In this document: positions 52,000 through 64,000 of the stretch, one piece after another
How positions within the stretch are numbered: position 1 is the stretch's first letter
Layout of the letters: every line of letters begins with the position of its first letter
Assembly (NCBI GenBank): GCA_964016885.1
Contig: OZ024742.1
Location: 355,942,001 to 356,006,000, forward strand
Direction of reading: 5' to 3'
Source of the DNA: Eledone cirrhosa
Taxonomy: Eukaryota
Length of the DNA stretch: 64,000 nt
Position numbers and translations under genes: made by a program
The notes under the pieces: generated by a model
Database searches by the model: none
Seen by the model: the letters and a program-made list of their open reading frames with translations, nothing else
Told to the model about the DNA's origin: nothing

Positions 52000-53620
52000 T
52001 GCTCAAACACCGTGTTTGTACCTGGGTGATTGTCTCCATTGGTACCGTCGACATTGGGACTAGGAGGCAATAAAACATGAAGTCTATATTGATCCTCCCT
52101 CGCCTCCCGCCTGCTGTTAACTAAAGTGTCACTATTTTGGTCTAAGCTATCGCAGGCAATGTTGCTACTACTATTTAATGGGCGTTTGAATGAGATTCCC
52201 TCGCTATGCCCCGCGCGTTCCAGGGCGCTATTATATTAAATCGAGATCCTATCAAAGGTATCTTCATTGGAAGATAGTCCTGAAATTCTACTAGAGACGC
52301 TTTTTGTAATACCTTTAGTGAATATTCTAGGGTGGTTCGATTTTGCGTTGACATAATTAAAATTCTCGTTGGGTTAGTGGTAGGGTTGGAAGAGTCCTGA
52401 ATTGGGGTTAAGTGTAACATCTAGAAAATTAACTATCTTCAGGTTTTCTTCAAACACTATACTGAGGTCTATGTTGTTGAAGAATTTGCTTAGTTTTTTC
52501 CTCACCCTCTCTACCATACTATTATTATGGAACGACACAGTAAAAAAAAACGTTGTCATGGTAAGCGCCTCCCCCCAAGTGGAGCATTTCCACTCTGAGA
52601 CAGTCGAGGAAGTAAAGGCCCACCAGATCCGTCACCTGGGCCGAGTCCGTGGATCCCATGGTCGAAATTGTCCGGCCAATCTTTCCTGGTCCACAAGTCA
52701 CCGTTGAACTCAATTAAGGTTTTCCTAGCAAGGAGAATAATGTTAATTTCTTCAGATCTAAGGTCGGTGCGTAAGCTAGCAAAGTTTAGGGCCTTACCTA
52801 GAAGAGTTGCAGAGATCGAAGTATAGTAGTTAGAGATATCGAACTGTATAAACTTAGTGCTATTCTTATTCTGCGATTTCTCAAACCAGTTAATTACCTC
52901 ACTAGTTCCTGACCATAATTTAAGCTTCGATCTCCTAACTAGTGTGGGGATTATTTTATGAAGGATGTTTTTACTCATGATTCCTACGTCCGACTTCGAA
53001 GAGGCTGTCAGCCTGACAGGTCTTGATGATTCAAAGTTTAATTTGTGGTCTTTCAATAAAATCCTCGGAGTTCTAGGATGGAAGGGTTCAGTTTTATCTT
53101 CAATACCCAGTTTAGTCATAACGCTATTGGCCTCCGTGTTGATTAAATCCAGGTTGGCCCGTGTAGTTTTCTTGTAGCTTTTTCTAAGTTCTCTGATTAT
53201 CAAGTCATCATAGGTTACACTATCCATATCGTACAGGTTGTTAGTTTTATCTGCGTGCACCAGAATGCCGGCCAAGTTCCTTAGTTTTCCTAGATCACCA
53301 TTCAGTCGTCTTAAGTAGCTTCTTTCCCTGAGTGGGTTTCCTAAACTTAAGGTTGGACACTATGTTAGACATTTCAGTCTCGAATTCCTACAGGTACTTA
53401 TTGTGAGGTGGGTTTTTTCTGGATTTGAATTTTCCCTCGATGCCGCGCGTTCCCTCCCTGCGGTGGTTTGTTGGTGTTCCTCTGTCGACGTGGAAGGCCT
53501 TCCAACGCATTCTACGGACAAAGGAGTCCGATTTACCTATGGCCAACCTTGTGAATTATTTCAAGCTAGGCAAAGGGATATCCTTAAGCGAAGAGTTCAC
53601 CGAGAATTTCTCCATCATAT
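52000..53620 (-). pseudogene. PLE reverse transcriptase, frameshifted; endonuclease deleted
   Basis: SLKDIPLPS..RRMRWKAFH, VHADKT, QFDISNYYTSI, MGSTDSAQVTDLVGL, NFLDVTL. Confidence 0.88.
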
Positions 53621-53855
53621 TCCTTGCTTAACAGCATTATGTGCTCAACAGAATTAGGAGCTTTAAGTTGTTATATAGTAAGGTGTATTATTGGTTGTGT
53701 CATACGGTCCAATAAATGTTTGTTAACAACATTAAGTTCTCCACGCTTTTGTATATCTCAAATTCAATTTATGGTAACAGCTAGATGATGTAAAACGGAG
53801 TATTTGTATCAAAATAAAGATCCGAAGGCATGGTATAAATGTCCAATCATTTTAA

Positions 53856-53929
53856 TCACGACACATGTTTCAATAAGAGATAGATCGATCGTGTAGCCAT
53901 GATCGATTATCACTGACCTCGTCAGGTGA
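53856..53929 (-). ncRNA. Type I hammerhead (family C), long stem II
   Basis: ucac CUGACGA ggu..aucgauc..gaucgau..auu GAAAC AUGU GUC^ guga. Confidence 0.78.
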
Positions 53930-54989
53930 AAATGAATTGTCTTCAAATCCTTGATATGAGGGTGAAAATTAACGATGTTCACTAACAGAGTTTAGTCCCT
54001 CATATGAAGATCAAGCAGTCAAAAGACGGAATTGCAGATATACAAAAGCGTGGATAACTTAATATTGCCAACAAACATTTATTGGACCGTATGATACAAC
54101 CAATAATACACCTTACTATATAATATATGTGTGTGTGTGTGTGCATGTATGTATGTATGTATGTATGTATATCATCATCATTTTACGTCCGCTTTCCCCT
54201 GCTTGCAAGGGTGAAACAGGAAATGATTCTGGGTTGACTTCTACAGCTGGATGCCCCTCCTAACACCAACCTCATTTTAGTGAGTGCTCGGTACTTTTTT
54301 TCCGTGGTACATACACGTCCACTTTACAGTGTGGGCTGGGTGCTTTTTTGCCGTGGCACTTCCATTACCACTTTGCAGTGGAATGATAGGGACCCCCGTC
54401 CAATCATCTCATTTCTACAGCTGTGTAAACTGAAGCAATGTGAAATAAAGCGTCTTGCTCAATGAAACAACACATCACCCAGTCTGAGAATTGAACTCAC
54501 AACTTTTTGATTGCAAGCCCAATGCTCTAACCACTAGGCCATGCGCCTTCATCATATATATATATGCGTGTGTGTGTGTGTGTGTGTGTGTGCGTGTGTG
54601 TGTATATAAATATATATATATATATATATACATTCATACACACAGACATCCATATCTGTATAGAAACCTAGTTTTAAATATGTCTAAAGTAAAGAAGATA
54701 CAGCTGGAGTGTCTTTGATCATTTAGATCAGTTTAGTTTGGAATTAGTATAGTGCCAGACAAAATACTTTGCAGTATTCTCTTATATGTCTTTAGATTCT
54801 GGCTTTAAATCTACTTGAGGTAAATTAGACTTCTTGTATTTATGATCAAATTATCTTTCAAACAAAGTTGATTTAATCAACATTCACCATGGTTACCATC
54901 ACTTGAGCCTATTGTAGAATTTATCACTATTTGTTATTAGCTTTTAGTGTTAAATTCGAGTTGTGTTTGTCCCAACACAAATGACCATA

Positions 54990-55500
54990 TTAGTACTTCT
55001 TCAGCCACTTATTCCTAAGAGGGTCATTGGGGCAGAGTCTCCAAATACTCCTTCAAGTGGGTCCTGTCAGAAGCAACCGTCTCCAAATGATCCAGCTGGA
55101 TCCCCAAGCAAGACCAACCAAGTTCGTGGATATTATGCAATCATCTTGCTTGGGATCTACTCCTTAGTCTCCGGCTGGTTGGCTTTGCCCATAAAATCTG
55201 TCTAGTGATTATTTCCTGAGATGTCCGATCTACATGCCCATAGTATCGGAGCTGTGATATCTCAATTCAGAGAAGTAACAGCTCTACCTTCAATGACTCT
55301 CTGATCTCTGAGCTACGCACTCTATTGAGTAACTTTATTCCAAAGACTCTTCGGAGGAACCCTATTTTGGCTACTTGTATTCACGATTGTATTCTTTCAG
55401 ACATTTAACAATATACATGACCATAGGTAAGGGTTAGCGTGAATACCGAATTGAAGATAGCGAGTTTAGCTTTTTATGCCAACCTTCCTTCCTTCTGATT
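54990..55500 (-). mobile_element. RTE-clade LINE 3' fragment
   Basis: Homologous to 1135-1650 (catgaccataggtaagg, ggagctgtga..tctcaattcagagaagta). Confidence 0.75.
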
Positions 55501-55904
55501 ACTGAATTAGTTGATTAGTTGATCATTATTAATAATGGTTGAGAATATGAGATAAAATATTCTGTAGATAGACAGAAGCACTTGCAAGGAATCAAATTCT
55601 GCATCTCCCAGGTAGCAGATGGTTGCATTAACCACTCTGTTAAAAAAATACTGGCCACTAATTCTGTCTGTTTAGGAAAGGATAAGCCTATAGCTAGAAG
55701 TATAAGCAATGACTGACTTAAGAGGTATTGAAAAAATGGGAATTTTTGTCAATAATTTTGTAAATGAATAAGTTGTGTGTGTATGTTAATGGCGATATTT
55801 ACTGTTGTGAAGTAATTGCATTTGCCTCGTCAAAAATTGCAATAAAAGAGATTTCAATTCATAACCAGTTGATCTGCCGACTAGATTCATTGTAAAATAC
55901 GACA

Positions 55905-57411
55905 TATATAAGTGGTTACACAACAGTTAGTTCACCATACCGAGAACAACTGTTTCACCTTCGCGGATCTTCAGCTCGGGATGTATATGGTTATAGGAAT
56001 AGGAAGGACAACCGTACGAACGCGCATGCGCAGAAACTCGGTCACTTCACACAGGCAATAGTAGACTGCGTGCGGGGGTTGTAAGGGAGATAACTTCGAA
56101 AGTCCGGAAAGTTTTTGGTTGAAAATAAAATAAAAAAATTTAAAAATAAAATTACAAAGAATCAGTCCGGAGCCATGTAGTTATGCAATAGATGTTTGGT
56201 GACGTGTGGACAACGTGTGAAAAATACACTTCTCGTGTTTAGTCAATCACTATTACGTAATCTCTTTAGGATAGTTATTCGTTCGTCAATACATAAGCCA
56301 CACGTCGGATTTCCCCTTGCGTATGGCTTGGACTTAGTGATGGCTTTCCATTGAATGGAGTACCCTATACTTGAGTCCTTGAGGAACCATACGTGGCTCG
56401 CGAGTTTCGTGGATGAACGTCTGTCCGGGTATCTGAAGGTAGACTGGTGGTTCAGGAAACGCTCCTTGAATCGGCCCACGTAGGATTTGACCTCCTGTGG
56501 TTCGTTTGGTCGGTTGGAAGTGACCACAGCTTCATAGATTACAGCTGGTGTGTTGCATTGTTGTTGAAGGGGGCAAGCTTCAGGCTTACGGCAAGAGAAC
56601 CCTGGTGGGGTGTTGCTCCTAGGGCTGCTAGTGATGTGGGCCTTCATGTTTTCAGCGCAGGAGTATCCTAGTTTAACTTTGTGTCGGTTAAAGATGGAGC
56701 GGTATTTATGACATATGGGGAAGTGTCTATCTAAGAGGGCTAGAAATTGTTTTCCTACATTGGTTTTAACTTTGAGTGAGAAGGGAGGAGAGAACCAGAT
56801 AGTTTGTCTATTGATGCGTTTACTTTTTTTAATGGTGTTGTTGCTAGTGGGAGAGTAGGTGATAGGTTGTCAGAAGCCGATGAAACCTAATATAACACGG
56901 AGTTGGCTAACAGCGGCGTCTCACGACCTATCACCTACTCTCCCACTAGGGGGAAATCAGACGTGAGGCTTATGTATTGACGAACGAATAACTATCCTAA
57001 AGAGAATACGCAATAGTGATTGCCTAAACACGAGAAGTGAATTTTTCACACGTCACCAAACATCTATTGCATAACTACAAGGTTCCGGACTAATTCTTTG
57101 TAATTTTATTTTTAATTTTTTTTATTTTATTTTCAACCAAAAAACTTTCCGGACTTTCGCGGTTATCTCCCTTACACCCCCCGCACGCATTCTATTATTG
57201 CCTGTGTGAAGTGACCGAGTTTCTGCGCATGCGTGTTCGTACGGTTGTCCTTCCTGTACCTATAACCATATACATCCCGAGTTGAAGATCCGCGAAGGTG
57301 AAACAATTGTTCTCGGTATGGTGAACTAACTGTTGTGAAACCACTTCTACCTAACTCGTCCCTTGAACTGAGTTCTCTACCACTACAGGATACTACCTTC
57401 CAGTGTTCCAC

Positions 57412-57416
<5 letters not shown>
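55905..57416 (-). mobile_element. Naiad-like PLE family A, second copy, with inverted arm
   Basis: GIY-YIG remnant 56160-56880 (ORF 56243-56647); 56950-57416 inverted 3' end with tail; TA flanks. Confidence 0.9.
55940..55979 (-). ncRNA. Type I hammerhead (family A)
   Basis: ccgag CUGAAGA u cc-gcgaa-gg u GAAAC AGUU GUU^ cucgg; opposite-arm copy 57277-57316 has C3>U. Confidence 0.78.
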
Positions 57417-57488
<72 letters not shown>

Positions 57489-57602
57489 TAAGACGAATTC
57501 CAACTTTGTCTGATTTACTCGTTTTATTTACAATCCTTTAAAATATATATACTGGTATTATAATGAAATAGTATGATAGAATATTAAATTCTAAGTGTTA
57601 AT

Positions 57603-57641
57603 TGAACAAGTACTTTCATGCTTTCGCAATCTTCAGGTTCA
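57603..57641 (-). ncRNA. Minimal type I hammerhead
   Basis: ugaac CUGAAGA u ugc-gaaa-gca u GAAAG UA CUU^ guuca; palindromic AAGUACUU. Confidence 0.8.
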
Positions 57642-57945
57642 TGATATGTGGTGACAGTCGAGTTTGCAATTTTCAACTGTAATGAGATGGGTAAATTTAC
57701 TACCTTTTATACATTTTATACAGAGAAAAGTGGCTCCAGAATGCAAAGCCCTGTAAACTGTATTTCGACCAATCAGTGTGTAGTTTCACTGAATTACTAC
57801 AGCTGATTGGTTTAAGCGTCACGGCTGGTTGAGCATGCTAACGACCAATAGTCATATCCAACGTATCAATTGTTTTGCTTTTTTGAAATGATGAAAATAG
57901 CATTTTCTATTAATCATCACCATCAACATCACTTTTATTATTATT

Positions 57946-57981
<36 letters not shown>

Positions 57982-58028
57982 AGTGGTCGTGGTCATAGTG
58001 GTAGTAGAAGTAATACCCCTAGGCGTTA

Positions 58029-59790
<1,762 letters not shown>

Positions 59791-59909
59791 GGCACCTCCT
59801 AACCAAAAATACACCCTATCTCACTAACCCTACCCTCACCCCCATCTACACCACCCCTTTCTCAGTAAAGTTATGTTGGTAGCACAACATCCAGTCCGAA
59901 ATTAATGAG

Positions 59910-60163
59910 GTCGTGTTGGTGTCACGACAAAAAAACACAGTCCACGCTGTAATGTGGCCGTGTAGGTAACACGGTAAACACCTCCCAGTCCACACTGTAA
60001 ACGTGGTTGGTGTTAGGAAGGGCATCCAGCCATAGAAAACCCTCCAGAAGTCCTATACGAGCAAGACAACCAATCTTTTCCTCACGTAGAACAATTCTCG
60101 TCTAAATCCATGCTAGTGTGGAAGATAGACATTAAACGGTGATGATGATGATGATGATGATGA
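59910..60163 (+). mobile_element. SINE family S2
   Basis: Close relative of 10210-10462. Confidence 0.8.
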
Positions 60164-60167
60164 TATG

Positions 60168-60225
<58 letters not shown>

Positions 60226-60231
<6 letters not shown>

Positions 60232-62440
60232 TAATAAATGGAAACTATATTTATAAAACCATATTTATGTTATTATACATATTTCAAAGGCAACCAAGGC
60301 AAATTATGGTGCGCTTTCATCAGATAAAATACAGATTTGTTTTATAAATAAATATTAACATACCCCGAAAAAAAGACAACCTTAACGGTTGGAGCTTCCT
60401 GGATAGTGGAGATAGTACATTTATTGAGGGTGATACAAAATTATGAGTGAGTATGCAAATGAGTGTCCGAAAGGTTGAAAAGATAACGGTTTATTTAAAT
60501 TAAACTGTTGGAAGAAGGTGATATGTAAGGGAGAGAGGAGAAAAGAAAAAAAGAAAAAGAGAATGGAGAAAGATAGAAGAGGAAAGAAAGAATTGATAGT
60601 GAAAATAGAGTGCATGAAGAGATGAGTTTCAAAGGATAAATATACACAGCGTAAGTATATCTAAGTGAGAGAAGAGATGAGAATAACGTGGAAGAATATT
60701 ATTTATAATGCAGGATTCATTACGTTTTGATTATAATACTTATAATGATAGGTTGAAAAATTAGATTAAAATTAAATTTAAATTAAATTAAAATTAAAAA
60801 ATTAGAAATCAAAATTAAAGATTAAAATTTACCTTAATATTAAAAATTTTATTTAATAATTTAATATTAATAATTAGTTTAAATATGTATGTTAAGGATT
60901 ATAAATTATTTAAATAAATATATAGTATTTTACATTAGAGCAAATCTAGTATAGTTTATTTTATTAAAAGTTGTAAGCTAAAAATATAATTTAATTTAAT
61001 TAAAAAATTTAAACATTCAAATAATTCTAAATTTATGAAAAATTTACGTGAGTTTACAAAGGAATAACCACTTAGTTATATTATAAAAACAGTAAGGAAG
61101 TGTAAAGGAAGTTAGAAGTGATTTTTAAGAAATCAGATGACTCTAAGGATTAAATGTTATAAAGTTAAAAAGTTAAAGAATATATTTCAAACATGAACCA
61201 TATGTTATTTTATACGAAGTCATAAATTTACTTGCTATAAAGTTAAAACATTTAAAAAATTTATCTTAAGAATATATTTAAAGCATAAACCATAGGTTAT
61301 TCCACATATATATAAAAAAAACCTATATATAAAAATCATATGTTATTCCACATATATATAAACATTTGGATATATATATTAAAAACGTTTGAAGATATAA
61401 AAATATAAAAATATAAAAATATTGGAAGGTAAGAAAATAATGGTTTTTCTATATCTTTCAAAGGAATTTTCAAAAGATTTTCTTAAAACCTTCCGTAAGT
61501 TTTTCAAGAAAAAATTTTCCTTAAAGGAGTTTCAAGCCGTCATATAAAACAATGTTATAATCTATCGATAGGTGTAATAATATGAAGTATAGAGTATATA
61601 TATGTGAAGTAGAGATAATAGAAAGTAAATTAAATATATGAATCATATATAGATATAGAAGATATTATGTAAAAGAGATAAATCATATATTACATTTTAT
61701 ATATATATTTAAAAGTTGAGTTTAAACGATGTTTGCAAGAGCTGAATAATTTATTTCGCAAATTAATAGAGTTCTTACATTTTAGTATAGAATGAAATGT
61801 TTGGATAAAGCAGTGTATGAAAGAGCTTTGGAAATAATTTTCCAAAGTAAAGAATAGTTAATATTCTTGAATTTCAAGTCCCATAATAAGTTAGATAGAG
61901 AAGTTGAAAATGTTTTTACCAATATTCGTAAAGGAACATTTATGGTTATTAAAACGAGATTTGAAGTCAGTGGAAGTAGAGCCGACATAGTTAAAGAAGT
62001 TTTCATTTGTTTTGACATTACAATTGTATACTATATTTTTAACTAAACAATTATTATTTAGAGGACAGTTAGATTTATTTCTACAATTACATTTATCTAA
62101 ATTTATATTATTTGGAGCCGTAACATTATATTGGATATTGCTAGGGGTATTAATGCTATTCTGATTAGGTTTGAAGTTTCTATTATTAATTATATTAATA
62201 TTCTGCGCTAAATTCATAGTAGTGGAATATGAGAGTTTAATAGTATGTCTATTAAAGATTGAGTAATACCTGTGTGTCTTAGGAAAGCACCTATCTAGAG
62301 CTTTAAGTATTAAAATTCCTATTGCTACAGACATCATAGCAATGCGAGAAAGGCATAAAATATATTGCTGATTTATAAAGAGCTCGGTCTCTTTACTCAA
62401 TGAGCTCCCTTGATTATGTTGTGAGTTTCTAGCTCTACCA

Positions 62441-62445
<5 letters not shown>
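60226..62445 (-). mobile_element. Naiad-like PLE family D, 5'-truncated, long AT-rich 3' UTR
   Basis: LDRCFPKTHRYYSIFNRHTIKLSYS, CNCRNKSNCPLNNNCL, IVY..YVGST..FKSRFNNH at 61715-62400; hammerhead at the left end; (TA)n flanks. Confidence 0.85.
60267..60330 (-). ncRNA. Type I hammerhead (family D)
   Basis: auuuuau CUGAUGA aag.gcacca...ugguugc.uuu GAAAU augu AUA^ auaacau. Confidence 0.65.
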
Positions 62446-62517
<72 letters not shown>

Positions 62518-63034
62518 CAAAATATCAAAATAAAGATCCGAAGGCATGGTATACATTTCCAATCATTTTAATCACGACACATGTTTCAATAAGAGATAGA
62601 TCGATCGTGTAGCCATGATCTATTATCACTGACCTCGTCGGGTGAAAATGAATTGTCTTCAAATCCTTGATATGAGGGTGAAAATTAACGGTGTTCACTC
62701 ACAGAGTTTAGTCTCTCATATAACTCTGTGAGTGAACACCGTTAATTTTCTCCCTCATATCAAGGATTTGAAGACAATTTATTTTCACCTGACGAGGTCA
62801 GTGATAATCGATCATGGCTACACGATCGATCTATCTCTTATTGAAACATGTGTCGTGATTAAAATGATTGGAAATTTATACCATGCCTTCGGAGCTTTAT
62901 TTTGATACAAATACTCCGATTTACATCATCTAGCTGTTCCCATAAATGGGATTGAAGATATACAAAAGTGTGGAGAACTTAATATTGCTAACAAAAATGT
63001 TATTAGATCGTTTGACACAACCAATATTACACCT

Positions 63035-63040
<6 letters not shown>
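62518..63040 (+). mobile_element. pLTR-only hairpin-plus-tail mini-element of family C
   Basis: Arms 62524-62707 / 62722-62906, tail 62907-63040; near-identical to 53672-54005. Confidence 0.88.
62785..62858 (+). ncRNA. Type I hammerhead (family C)
   Basis: tcac CTGACGA ... GAAAC ATGT GTC^ gtga; opposite-arm copy 62572-62645 has U4>C. Confidence 0.78.
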
Positions 63041-63109
<69 letters not shown>

Positions 63110-63877
63110 TTCATATATATATATATGAATGTATATATAGTGCATTTTGCAATACACTTTATGCTTAATTAAAAGCATCTTGAAGACCTTATGCTATTGT
63201 TTTAGAGTAGTGACAGACTCACTTACTTTAATTTCAGCAAACAGGGGGAGATAAAGCTGACAAAGCCTTGTTTCTGCATTTATTGATGCTTATCAAAGCC
63301 AACTACTCCTCCCGTCTGCTGAAATCACGGATGTTTGGTTCTTATAGAATTCTAGTAAATAATCAGGAATTGATTATACAGAGCGGTTGCCGGTCAAGCA
63401 GAAATTAAAAATGTTTGCTGAAATTAAAGTAAGTGAGTCTGTCACTACTCTAAAACAATAGCATACGGTCTTCAAAATGCTTTTAATTAAGCATAAAGTG
63501 TATTGCAAAATACACTATATATACATTCATATATATATTGCTATTTCAGAGCACCAATTCTAATTTTTAATTTCTGCTTGACCGGCAACCGCTCTGTATA
63601 ATCAGTTCCTGATTATTTACTAGAATTCTATAAGAACCAAACATCCGTGATTTCAGCAGACGGGAGGAGTAGTTGGCTTTGATAAGCATCAATAAATGCA
63701 GAAACAAGGCCTTGTCAGCTTTATCTCCCCCTGTTTGCTGAAATTAAAGCAAGTGAGTTTGTCACTACTCTAAAACAATAGCATAAGATCTTCAAAATGC
63801 TTCTAATTAAGCATAAAGTGTATTGCAAAATGCACTATATATACATTCATATATATATGGCTATTTCAGAGCCCCAA

Positions 63878-63883
<6 letters not shown>
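63110..63883 (+). mobile_element. Retrozyme-like 320-nt-unit element: 1.5 tandem copies plus inverted arm
   Basis: Period 320 (63541 vs 63861); 63120-63411 is an inverted copy of the monomer; (TA)n flanks. Confidence 0.85.
63675..63720 (+). ncRNA. Type I hammerhead with U3-A8 core
   Basis: ggcu UUGAUAA gcau-caauaa-augc a GAA ACAAGGCCUUGU C^ agcu; same core in inverted copy 63255-63300. Confidence 0.72.
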
Positions 63884-63959
<76 letters not shown>

Positions 63960-64000
63960 TAACAGATTAAAGTTTAAGCAAAGAATCGCTGCTTTCACCC

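Larger units (their letters stand above)
51788..54122 (-). mobile_element. Naiad-like PLE family C, internally deleted, with inverted terminal arm
   Basis: pLTR 53672-54030, RT remnant, partial pLTR 51788-51862 joined to internal sequence; 54037-54122 inverts 53672-53757; (TA)n flanks. Confidence 0.85.

Noticed and set aside
56243-56245. TGA at a Cys codon in family A as selenocysteine
   Set aside because: The inverted arm (~57021) and the other copy (~19751, ~21080) have TGC, so it is a private mutation
57790-57860. SECIS element in the PLE 3' UTR
   Set aside because: AUGA..UGA present on the minus strand but weak stem and no apical AA; the neighbouring hairpin is better read as paired CCAAT boxes

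Overview
Eukaryotic, very AT-rich, repeat-saturated DNA with no recognisable host protein-coding exon. The SINE/LINE types and dense (TA)n/(CA)n/(CAT)n tracts suggest an octopod cephalopod (inference). Ordinary content: a ~3.9-kb 43-bp satellite, a ~101-bp minisatellite, RTE LINE fragments, several tRNA-derived SINE families, two 302-bp hAT-type MITEs, a decayed Tigger/pogo transposon, and a tRNA-Glu(TTC) copy fused to an RTE-type tail. The dominant signal is a set of Penelope-like retroelements (PLEs; RT + GIY-YIG), of Neptune-like (Cx4Cx2C linker) and Naiad-like (CxCx5C linker) types, one with an uninterrupted ~725-codon frame. They are accompanied by more than a dozen short non-coding hairpin or tandem mini-elements. 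Almost all sit inside (TA)n tracts, and most have two inverted arms of which only one keeps a 3' tail. Read by eye, they carry about 25 type-I hammerhead ribozyme motifs from roughly 12 families, including compensatory U3-A8 cores and non-canonical stem II closures. Most short ORFs in the supplied track are microsatellite artefacts. Coordinates of degenerate repeats are approximate, and ribozyme folds were read manually, not computed.
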